Assembly (NCBI GenBank): GCA_016181245.1 | Contig: JACOZR010000022.1 | Span: 1-44,872 of the forward strand | Direction: 5' to 3' | DNA from: Candidatus Woesearchaeota archaeon | GTDB lineage: Archaea > Nanobdellota > Nanobdellia > SCGC-AAA011-G17 > GW2011-AR20 | DNA: 44,872 bases | Shown: one piece after another, positions 21,724 to 29,101 of the stretch | How the letters are laid out: every line of letters starts with the position of its first letter | How positions within the stretch are numbered: position 1 is the stretch's first letter | Position numbers and translations under genes: made by a program | The notes under the pieces: generated by a model | Seen by the model: only the letters and a program-made list of their open reading frames with translations | Told to the model about the DNA's origin: nothing | The model's database searches: none

Positions 21724-22969
21724 TCTCTAAAGAAGCTACACCTATTAATCTCCAACGAGATCCTAAATTTCTTGAAATTGTTATTCTGTCTGTTTTTGAT
21801 ACACAAACCGGTATTTTTAATGAAACATGGATTATATCTTTTTTCATTTCTGTTACTGCGCCCACTGTTGCGGCTGAATTAACATTTAACATTAAAATTT
21901 CTCCTTTTTTTATTGGTTCAACTACTAAATCATCTTTTGCTCCAACTACTCTTTCTAATAATTTTGGTTTTATGTTAAATTCGTAAAATACTTCTGGAAC
22001 TTTGCCTTTTAATCCAACTACATTTCCTGTTAGATTATCTGATTTTACAATTGAAGGATCTAATGATGTTAATATTCCGGATGAACCTCCAGGAGATAAT
22101 TCTTTAACTTCTATCTCTCCTGTTTTTAATCCATTAATTTTTGTTATTATTGGTTTCCATACTGCTTTTGTTTCATCTATTTTTAAGCCTGGTCTTATTT
22201 CTATTTCCTCGTTTACTTTTAACTTTCCTTGCTTTAATGAACCACCTAAAACTCCGCCTACTAAACTGTTTATATCTGCGCCTGGCCTGTTAATGTCGAA
22301 GCTTCTCGCTACAAAAAATAATGGAGATGCATCTGAATCTCTTTTTGGAGTTTTTATTGTATTTTGAATTTCTTCCAATAATATATCAATATTAATATCG
22401 TGCAAGGCTGATATTGGGATTATAGGTGCTTTTTCAGCTATTGTGCCTTTTGTGAACTTCTTTATTTGCTCATAATTTTTTAGTGCTTGTTCTTCTGTTG
22501 TTAAATCTATTTTACTTTGGATTACTATTATGTTTTTAATTCCTATGATATCTAGAGCCATTAAATGCTCTCTTGTTTGCGGCTGAGGGCATTCTTCATT
22601 TGATGCTATTAATAATAATGCGCCGTCCATTATTGCTGCTCCTGAAAGCATTGTTGCCATTAAAGTTTCGTGACCTGGAGCATCTATGAATGAAATTTTT
22701 CTTTCAAAAATTGCTTTTGATTTACAAACTTCACATGTTTTTTTTGTTGTGTAATGATTCTTAGAACATTTGTAAATTGATGTATCTGCATAACCCAATC
22801 TAATTGTTATTCCTCTTTTAACTTCTTCAGAATGGGTGTCTGTCCACTTACCCGACAATCTTTCAGTTAGGGTTGTTTTGCCATGCAGTCGGATTTAAGT
22901 TTTTTCTTAAAATCTATCGACGTGGCCAATTAACCCTATATTGACTTCTGGTTGTGATTCTTTTTCCAT
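21704..22969 (-). CDS. eif2g: translation initiation factor aIF2 gamma, split by a 30-nt intron (exon 1 22916-22969, exon 2 21704-22885)
   Basis: The ORF-track protein begins at SGKWTDTHSEEVKRGITI and lacks the G1 motif. Exon 1 reads MEKESQPEVNIGLIGHVD. Exon 2 resumes HGKTTLTERLSGKW in the ORF frame. DAPGHETL and SKID are present. The joined length is about 411 aa. Confidence 0.85.
22886..22915 (-). other. BHB-type mini-intron in aIF2-gamma mRNA
   Basis: The RNA is AGAUUUUAAGAAAAAACUUAAAUCCGACUG with an in-frame UAA. It is flanked by a central helix GUCG/CGAC, 3-nt bulges AU|A and UG|C, an inner 8-bp stem and an outer helix GCCA/UGGC. Confidence 0.7.
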
Positions 22970-22992
22970 CAATAATAACCTGTTTTAGTGGA

Positions 22993-23000
22993 TTTATAAA
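22993..23000 (-). promoter_or_regulatory. TATA box (TTTATAAA) for a leaderless aIF2-gamma transcript
   Basis: Centred about 27 nt upstream of ATG 22969, and 5 nt downstream of the reverse-transcriptase stop codon. Confidence 0.4.
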
Positions 23001-23005
23001 GCTAA

Positions 23006-24223
23006 CTAGAAAGGAAGATCTTCTTCTAGACCCTCTAATGAGCATTCTCCTTGATTTGGAGGAATTTCTCCCATATAGACTTCATGAATCCATTCAATTT
23101 CACGCTCTGTAGCAATGCATTCTGGATCTAATGGAACTAGTTTATCTTTTGATTTTTCTTTGTTCATTTTAGTTATCCTATTTCCAATTATTTTATGCCC
23201 CAATAAATAAAATTCTGGAACATTTTGCTGGAAGAATACTTTATTTACTGCAATAGGAAACTCTCTTCGGACCATAGAAATTGCACCGCATATTTTTTCT
23301 GGATTGCGGTTAGTTTCTTTAGCACTGATTGTTATATCATCTACCCATCTTGTGTATCTCAGACCTTTTTTCAATGCACATATGTGGAGAACTTCATCTA
23401 TAGGATAGAATAACCTATTGAATAAGCAGATACTTATGGGAGATCCTACAGGAAGCGCTGAAATTTGCGTATCGCTATAATATACTGTTGATATGGATGT
23501 AAGAAATCCGGCTATATCCCTCCTTATTTCTCGGTTTTCAATTTTATTTTCAAATAATGTGTAATAAAAATCAAAAACATACTGAATATGCGTATTTTTA
23601 AATGCATTAGCTAGATCGAAAGATAATACTGTACCTAGAGGTAAATGCCTACTTAAGCTTTTTTTTGGTGAAAAACCTTGTTCTCCCCCGTGGCATTGGG
23701 AATGACAAGGAGCTTCCATTATAATCGGCTTTACGTATTCTATTAAAAGATGCTCTAAGGAATCTTGAGGAATGGAAATATCTCTAACTTTTCCGTTTAT
23801 TCTTTGTGACCACCTTTGGTACAAATGTTTTCTTTCTCCTTTCAATGCTAACAAATCGTCTAATAATACCTCTAACCTTTCCTGCTTGTTATCTAACATT
23901 GATAACTGATTGTCGAGTGGAAGAAGTTCTAATAATGTTTTTAGAATTATTTCTTTTTTACTCTCTAATACCTCTAAAGGGTTTCTTGTTTCTGAGAAGT
24001 ACTTAACAAGTTCATCTGCATAAGACATGGGAAGCCAAGGTCCTGTAAAATATGCACCAGGTACCAATGGTACTGAACTTAGAAATATCGTTGGTGTGCC
24101 GTCTGTATCAATTTCTAAATCTGGATTTTCACTAGGAATAACATCTAACCTACTGCCCATACTCATACAGTCTACGAATATTCTAAATCTTCTTCCGCTA
24201 GGAGCATACATCCGGTCTTCCAT
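23006..24223 (-). CDS. reverse transcriptase, unclassified stand-alone type
   Basis: 405 aa with collinear RT motifs: VRDISIP, SFDLANAF, LPVGSPISICLFN, RYTRWVDDITIS (VDD is encoded at 23336-23344) and FYLLGHKI. The N-terminal ~140 aa match no domain I know. Confidence 0.8.
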   Translation of the reverse strand: MEDRMYAPSGRRFRIFVDCMSMGSRLDVIPSENPDLEIDTDGTPTIFLSSVPLVPGAYFTGPWLPMSYADELVKYFSETRNPLEVLESKKEIILKTLLELLPLDNQLSMLDNKQERLEVLLDDLLALKGERKHLYQRWSQRINGKVRDISIPQDSLEHLLIEYVKPIIMEAPCHSQCHGGEQGFSPKKSLSRHLPLGTVLSFDLANAFKNTHIQYVFDFYYTLFENKIENREIRRDIAGFLTSISTVYYSDTQISALPVGSPISICLFNRLFYPIDEVLHICALKKGLRYTRWVDDITISAKETNRNPEKICGAISMVRREFPIAVNKVFFQQNVPEFYLLGHKIIGNRITKMNKEKSKDKLVPLDPECIATEREIEWIHEVYMGEIPPNQGECSLEGLEEDLPF

Positions 24224-24314
24224 GATGCTCAGTATTACTAAAATTTTATAAAGTGCATCCTTTCAACTAAATTTTATCCAAACCTTTTTAATCTTTTTTA
24301 ATTACATAATATTC

Positions 24315-24821
24315 ATGGGAAAGATATTAGCTAGATATGTTCATACGGAACCTATTCCTGGAAAATTATTTCTTTTTGATAGTGGGGTTGAAGCTTTTGG
24401 AGAGACTTTAGATTTACAAGTTCAAAACGCTGAGGAATATGCACGAGGTCAATTGAGTCATTTAGTTTATCCTCATGAATTTGTTCAATGGAAGGCTATT
24501 TTTACTTTGGGATTAATTTGGGGAGATTCTGCGAGCAAGGTAATTGATTTGTATGGATATAAAGGAATTGATCAAAGTTCTTCTGATTATTGGAAAAATG
24601 CTAATCCTGATGTTACTATGTGGGTAGCGAAAACATCCCCTGGTTTTAATGGGGCAGCATGGAAAAAAGAAGATATGGCTTCATGTGAAACTTCTTTAAT
24701 AATCTTAGGAAGAGAAGCTGTTCATAGAAGAAAAACAAGTGGTCTTGAAGAGTATATGAGATCTCATGCTTATCTAATGGATATGGAGCCTTGCGAACAA
24801 TATCGGGTTTTAAAGATATAG
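24315..24821 (+). CDS. hypothetical protein divergent from the RT gene
   Basis: 168-aa ORF. No domain recognised. Confidence 0.45.
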   Translation: MGKILARYVHTEPIPGKLFLFDSGVEAFGETLDLQVQNAEEYARGQLSHLVYPHEFVQWKAIFTLGLIWGDSASKVIDLYGYKGIDQSSSDYWKNANPDVTMWVAKTSPGFNGAAWKKEDMASCETSLIILGREAVHRRKTSGLEEYMRSHAYLMDMEPCEQYRVLKI

Positions 24822-24847
24822 AAATATTATTTTCTTTTAAGAGATTT

Positions 24848-25240
24848 TTAACTATGTGCGGTATCTCTGTTCACACGACCTGACATTTTATAAAAGTTAG
24901 GTTTAAGGTCGTTTGCTGCTAATTGTGAAGCAACCAAGCCTAATTCTGATTCTTCTGGTTTTTTTAATCCTGTTGCAATTAAAAAGGGTTCTTCAAGATG
25001 TTCGATATTATGGTATTTGCAATATACTCTTACAATTTCTGGTGTAACCCTTATTTCTCTTGGTGTATGGCCGACTATCCTTGCACCAAACCTTCTTAAT
25101 TCTGCCACAATTCTTGGGGCATTACCTGCAGAAGGATCAGTAACATTAACCATCTCTTCAATATTGCTCAATAAGTATTTAAGTATTCTGCGACTAATAA
25201 CTCTCGAATTTGTGGGGTAACAATGTTGTGACCTCTCCAC
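24848..25240 (-). CDS. hypothetical protein (probable true start ATG 25153)
   Basis: The ORF-track start is GTG 25240, inside the upstream gene. ATG 25153 lies 14 nt after the upstream stop and is preceded by GAAGAG. Confidence 0.4.
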   Translation of the reverse strand: MERSQHCYPTNSRVISRRILKYLLSNIEEMVNVTDPSAGNAPRIVAELRRFGARIVGHTPREIRVTPEIVRVYCKYHNIEHLEEPFLIATGLKKPEESELGLVASQLAANDLKPNFYKMSGRVNRDTAHS

Positions 25241-25482
25241 TGGTTAAAATTTAAGCGGTACGGACCTCCTCCATCAAATAATTCGGGAAATGTCAGCACT
25301 CTTCCCCTTTCCCCAACATACCATTTATCTCTGTCTAGATCCCCCGCTGCTATTTTGCCTCGGAGGTCATATATCAATCTTCTTTGTTTTAATGTTAGTT
25401 CTTGTCCTTCAATAATAAAGTCCAATGCACCGAATGTGTTTGATGTCAACTTTTCATTTCTCCTGACCCTATAGTGTTCCAA
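25168..25482 (-). CDS. hypothetical protein (TTG start)
   Basis: 104-aa ORF with no internal Met. Spot counts suggest it is relatively GC-rich. No domain recognised. Confidence 0.4.
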   Translation of the reverse strand: MEHYRVRRNEKLTSNTFGALDFIIEGQELTLKQRRLIYDLRGKIAAGDLDRDKWYVGERGRVLTFPELFDGGGPYRLNFNQWRGHNIVTPQIRELLVAEYLNTY

Positions 25483-25596
25483 TAGATATTTAAATATTGT
25501 TAAAGCGTATAGGGGAAGAAGAGTTGCAAATAACTTTAATTGAATATCTCTAGGGGTATAGAAATATTAATATAACCTAAATTATTACTTTTATTT

Positions 25597-26397
25597 ATGA
25601 AGCACAATTTGAAAATTACTATTCTCTTATTTTTATTATTCCTTGTGGCTCATGTTTTAGGATTAGTGATATTAAATCAGTATAACTTTGTTAATGAATT
25701 AGGTAAAGATTTACCCTATGGATTACAACCCCCCGAGATGGAACAGAATACTAGCTTTATTCCTATTTTTGTTATAATCTTAGTTGGAACAGCTTTAATG
25801 CTTTTGTTATCAAGATTTAAAACAATGTTTCTTTGGAAATTTTGGTTTTTTATCAGCTTAATGATAACCTTAACTATTGCTTTTGGGGCTTTTGTTGCGC
25901 AAAACATTGCTTTAATTTTGGCTTTAATATTTTCTATTTTTAGAGTTTTCAAGTATAATGTTTATGTTCATAACTTTAGTGAAGTTTTTCTTTACGGAGG
26001 ATTAGTTTCAATTTTTGTTCCTGTTTTTAATTTATGGAGCATTTCAATATTATTAATCTTAATTTCAATTTATGACTTTATTGCTGTCTTTAAGACAAAA
26101 CATATGGTTAAATTAGCTAAATTTCAATCCAAAGGAAAAATCTTTAGCGGCTTATATGTTCCTTATGAGAAAAAGGCTGCTCTTTTGGGCGGGGGAGATA
26201 TTGGATTTACTTTATTATTTTCAGGAGTTATTTTAAAAGAATTTGGCGCTTTACCTGCACTTATTGTAAGCTTTATTATAGGATTAAGTTTACTTGGGTT
26301 GTTATTTTATTCTAAGAAAGATAAATTTTATCCTGCTATGCCACCTTTAACTATTGGCTGTTTTATTGGGCTTCTAGTGGTGAAATTACTTTTCTAG
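25597..26397 (+). CDS. presenilin/signal-peptide-peptidase-like intramembrane aspartyl protease (A22)
   Basis: 266 aa and polytopic. It carries the YD motif (SIYDFIAVF), the GxGD motif (LLGGGDIGF) and a PAL-like PAMPPL motif. Confidence 0.8.
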   Translation: MKHNLKITILLFLLFLVAHVLGLVILNQYNFVNELGKDLPYGLQPPEMEQNTSFIPIFVIILVGTALMLLLSRFKTMFLWKFWFFISLMITLTIAFGAFVAQNIALILALIFSIFRVFKYNVYVHNFSEVFLYGGLVSIFVPVFNLWSISILLILISIYDFIAVFKTKHMVKLAKFQSKGKIFSGLYVPYEKKAALLGGGDIGFTLLFSGVILKEFGALPALIVSFIIGLSLLGLLFYSKKDKFYPAMPPLTIGCFIGLLVVKLLF

Positions 26398-26506
26398 AAT
26401 CTAGAATTTTGAATTCTGTGTTTTTACAACTACACATCATTCCTTCTGGTAGGTTTCCTTCTCTTAATGTATAAATCATTCCGCATTTTTTACAGTTTAT
26501 TTCCAT
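26363..26506 (-). CDS. small zinc-ribbon protein (47 aa), below the ORF-track cut-off
   Basis: My translation is MEINCKKCGMIYTLREGNLPEGMMCSCKNTEFKILDSRKVISPLEAQ, with CxxC...CxC. The 3' end overlaps the convergent presenilin-like gene by 35 nt. Confidence 0.35.
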   Translation of the reverse strand: MEINCKKCGMIYTLREGNLPEGMMCSCKNTEFKILDSRKVISPLEAQ

Positions 26507-26657
26507 TTTAATCACTATTAGATAGTATTAGAACTTGTATATAAATATTACTATTTTATGTTACTTTACAGTGGTTAAATAATGGAAAGATTTAAGAATA
26601 AGCTTTACTGGTGTAAACTTGAGCTAGAAGCTTACAAAGTTATCGAGAAAACATAAA

Positions 26658-27071
26658 ATGTCAGAAACAAGATTAAGAATTAACTCAGAGGAAGAGTTGG
26701 CAGATAGATTCTTAGAGCTAAAATTAAGGCTAGGAACTACATTAGTTACAGAACTTGAAAAAAATAGGGATAAGTATATGGGAAGAGGCATTATGGCTGG
26801 AATCCCTATGGGTATAACTCTCGGATCACTTTCGGGGTATTTTTTTATGCATGGAGAAATGTTAAATGGTGATCCTATAACTGATTTTGGTAAACTATTT
26901 TTTGGAGGGTATCTTGGTCTTGTTGTTGGTGCTAATATCGGGCTTGCTTTAGGTATGCTATATGCTAATCATAGAACTAGAAATTTAAGAATAAGATATC
27001 CAGAACAATCTCAAACCATTGAAGATTATATGAAAGTAAGAAAGGCAATAACTGCTCTTAGTATTAGGTAG
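26658..27071 (+). CDS. small membrane protein with Gly-zipper helices
   Basis: 137 aa with two hydrophobic Gly-rich segments, GIMAGIPMGITLGSLSGYFF and GGYLGLVVGANIGLALGMLY. Confidence 0.5.
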   Translation: MSETRLRINSEEELADRFLELKLRLGTTLVTELEKNRDKYMGRGIMAGIPMGITLGSLSGYFFMHGEMLNGDPITDFGKLFFGGYLGLVVGANIGLALGMLYANHRTRNLRIRYPEQSQTIEDYMKVRKAITALSIR

Positions 27072-27079
27072 GTTTTATC

Positions 27080-27607
27080 ATGGAAGTTCATGAATTTTGG
27101 TTAAAGAAACACAGTGAAGATTCTGGCTTTTCTCCAGAAGAAAATAGATGTGATACTTATAGAGTAGCCCTTGGAGAATTGATAGACTCAACACAAAGGA
27201 AAATACTTCCTCCGAAACGTAGCTATTCAGAGGCACCTAATCCCGATCGTTGGAATAAGAGCGGTTCTATAGGATTTATGGACTTAAGAGTCATACCTCA
27301 GACTATACCTAAAGAAAATGCAAACCCTTTATCTGGCTGTGATTTTAAAGAGAGAGATTACGAAGAAAAAAAAGTGATTATTGATTTGGTGGGAATTGAG
27401 CCTAGGCATAACAGTCTTGGTTATTTAAGATTTTTAAAAAATAGGGCAGAAGAAATTGCACTTGAATGGGGATTAGAAGCTGTTGTTTTCGTCATAACCG
27501 AGAATCTAAAATTGAGAGACTTAATGAGGAATCACGGTACAAGATTAGGTTACACATCATACGCTCATGGTTATAGAGCAGTTAAAAGATTAAAAGTCAA
27601 TACCTAG
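27080..27607 (+). CDS. hypothetical protein, weakly GNAT-like at the C-terminus
   Basis: 175 aa. VGIEPRHNSLGYLRFLKNRAEEIALEWGLEAVVFVITENLKLRDLMRNHG loosely fits the acetyltransferase motif A region. Confidence 0.4.
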   Translation: MEVHEFWLKKHSEDSGFSPEENRCDTYRVALGELIDSTQRKILPPKRSYSEAPNPDRWNKSGSIGFMDLRVIPQTIPKENANPLSGCDFKERDYEEKKVIIDLVGIEPRHNSLGYLRFLKNRAEEIALEWGLEAVVFVITENLKLRDLMRNHGTRLGYTSYAHGYRAVKRLKVNT

Positions 27608-28246
27608 AGATACTCTATTTTCTAATTCTGGAATTTTGTCTCCATCACTTATTAATGCGGAATCATATGCAATGTTTAAACCATGTACTTTTTTGCCTAA
27701 CTTTACTTCCCCATACATCCAAGGAAATCCTTTTTTTGCAACATTCCATTGCCCAAAACCACTAAAATTAAGTCCGTGTGGGAGCTTTGCATTAAATCCA
27801 TATTGTAGTTCTGCTAAACTTTCTATTCTTTCTCCATTGTTGTTAAACCATATAGGTAAAAGACTTAGTTCTATGGATGATCCTTCTGGGAGGCCTGGAA
27901 TCTTTGTTGCAATTCCTGTTCCAAATCTTTTAGCAAGTTCATTTGAGTATAATAATTGTGTTTTTGATAATACTAAATTTTTTATTTCTCTTCTTAGTGT
28001 TGTTCTGCCAAAATATCCTTCGCCTTTATTTCTGTTGTGGTCGTATAAATCTATGAAAGAGAAACCCTTGAATCCAAGAGGCAATGAATATGCACCTTGA
28101 GCTTCTGCGTAAGATCCATATGAATTTCTTTCGTTTTCAGTTTTGATATATCTTACATTTCCTTTTAGGTCTGCTTGTGTTTCCTTAACTGGAAGTAATG
28201 TTGCTGCAGCTACACCTATGCCTAGAATGAGTTTACTTAATTTCAT
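27590..28246 (-). CDS. secreted beta-rich protein resembling a bacterial beta-barrel outer-membrane protein
   Basis: 218 aa. The signal peptide is MKLSKLILGIGVAAATLLPVKETQA|D. It shows an alternating hydrophobic pattern, and the C-terminus ends ...RVSLGIDF with a terminal Phe, like the OMP beta-signal. Confidence 0.5.
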   Translation of the reverse strand: MKLSKLILGIGVAAATLLPVKETQADLKGNVRYIKTENERNSYGSYAEAQGAYSLPLGFKGFSFIDLYDHNRNKGEGYFGRTTLRREIKNLVLSKTQLLYSNELAKRFGTGIATKIPGLPEGSSIELSLLPIWFNNNGERIESLAELQYGFNAKLPHGLNFSGFGQWNVAKKGFPWMYGEVKLGKKVHGLNIAYDSALISDGDKIPELENRVSLGIDF

Positions 28247-28974
28247 TTTGCGCCCCTCTTGAAATCGTAATTTAACATTAAACTCAAACCCGTTTTATCA
28301 TCAAAATCTTTTTTTACGGCTTTTTGAAATTTGAAACTTGGGTTTATAGAAACTCCTCTGTATGACAAAGGCATACTTGCTTCTGCTTGAACTACACTCA
28401 CTCCAGAACCTTCAATGAAATAGTGGTTGTTGTAATGAAAATGCGCATCAAGTGAAACTGGTATTCTTCCTACATTTCTGCTTTCGTTTAAACTAAGACT
28501 CACTTCTTGTCCTTTACTATTGTCAAATGTTCCTGCAGAAATATTTTGAACAAGTTTCAATCTTGGAGAAAAAGGGCTTTTTCTGCTTAGCACTAACCAT
28601 GCTTCTTGAAGGTTGTCGTTTACTCTTTTATCCCCTAAATTTCTAAAATCAAACAAATTATAGGCTAGATCAGTATTTACTCCTTGAAAATTCCTGCTAT
28701 ATCCTAAACCTAAATCATATTCTGTCAATACTTTCCTATCTAAGTTTACATTGTTCCATGTATAAATATAAAAGTTATTTTTACTTGCAACCAAAGATGA
28801 TTGAAGTGCTGGTTCTTTTTCTACTTCAAAACCTACTGGACTAAGATATTTGTCTCTTGCTGTGACACTTGCTATTAAACTTAATGGATCAGCTTTAATT
28901 TCTTTTATAGGCAATAAACTTGCGAATATCATTGCTGTACCGGTGATTATGTTCTTTGTTTTCATTTTTATCAC
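28243..28974 (-). CDS. secreted beta-barrel-like protein resembling the bacterial Gcw_chp/TIGR02001 OMP family
   Basis: 243 aa. The signal peptide ...FASLLPIKEIKA|D is paralogous to its neighbour's. DKYLSPVGFEVEKEPALQSSL...FYIYTWNNV...EYDLGLGY matches that family's N-terminal pattern. It joins the next gene by an ATGA overlap. Confidence 0.45.
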   Translation of the reverse strand: MIKMKTKNIITGTAMIFASLLPIKEIKADPLSLIASVTARDKYLSPVGFEVEKEPALQSSLVASKNNFYIYTWNNVNLDRKVLTEYDLGLGYSRNFQGVNTDLAYNLFDFRNLGDKRVNDNLQEAWLVLSRKSPFSPRLKLVQNISAGTFDNSKGQEVSLSLNESRNVGRIPVSLDAHFHYNNHYFIEGSGVSVVQAEASMPLSYRGVSINPSFKFQKAVKKDFDDKTGLSLMLNYDFKRGAK

Positions 28975-29035
28975 TCCTTAGTAATTTATAATCTTAAGAG
29001 AACTAATTTCATACTTAAACTTTTTTATTATACTT

Positions 29036-29061
29036 TATATATTAGTATAAATATATATACT
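29036..29061 (+). promoter_or_regulatory. second copy of the TA-rich motif TATATATTAG-TATAAA-TATATATACT
   Basis: It lies 40 nt upstream of ATG 29102 (AGGAGG at 29083-29088), in the divergent intergenic region shared with 28974(-). Confidence 0.3.
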
Positions 29062-29101
29062 TTTTAGAAATATTTAAATATTAGGAGGTTTTTGTAATTT
29101 T

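Noticed and set aside
21704-22858. aIF2-gamma (and likewise aEF-2 at 39156-41228) as N-terminally truncated pseudogenes or genes with alternative TTG starts.
   Set aside because: The missing N-terminal exons, including the first half of the G1 motif, lie 30 and 36 nt upstream in the correct orientation with their own ATG and TATA box. Two essential genes are broken at the identical codon junction, each with a BHB fold. That argues for RNA-level repair rather than decay.
22886-22915. Programmed translational bypass (ribosome hopping, as in T4 gene 60) over the 30-nt and 36-nt gaps.
   Set aside because: Hopping needs matching take-off and landing codons. The take-off codon would be GAU, but the codons before the resumption point are CUG (aIF2-gamma) and CAG (aEF-2). 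The structure fits the endonuclease BHB rule precisely instead.
23006-24314. Classifying the RT as a DGR, retron or group II intron RT.
   Set aside because: Motif B lacks the DGR-type SQ, and no TR/VR-like repeat was noticed by eye. Only about 90 nt lie upstream, with no obvious msr-msd-like inverted repeats. There is no maturase or endonuclease domain and no intron RNA domains. It is left unclassified pending HMM searches.
24848-25482. 25168-25482 and 24848-25240 as one frameshifted gene or pseudogene.
   Set aside because: A plausible ATG at 25153, preceded by GAAGAG, lies 14 nt after the upstream stop, so two coupled genes explain the layout without a frameshift. This cannot be fully excluded without homologs.
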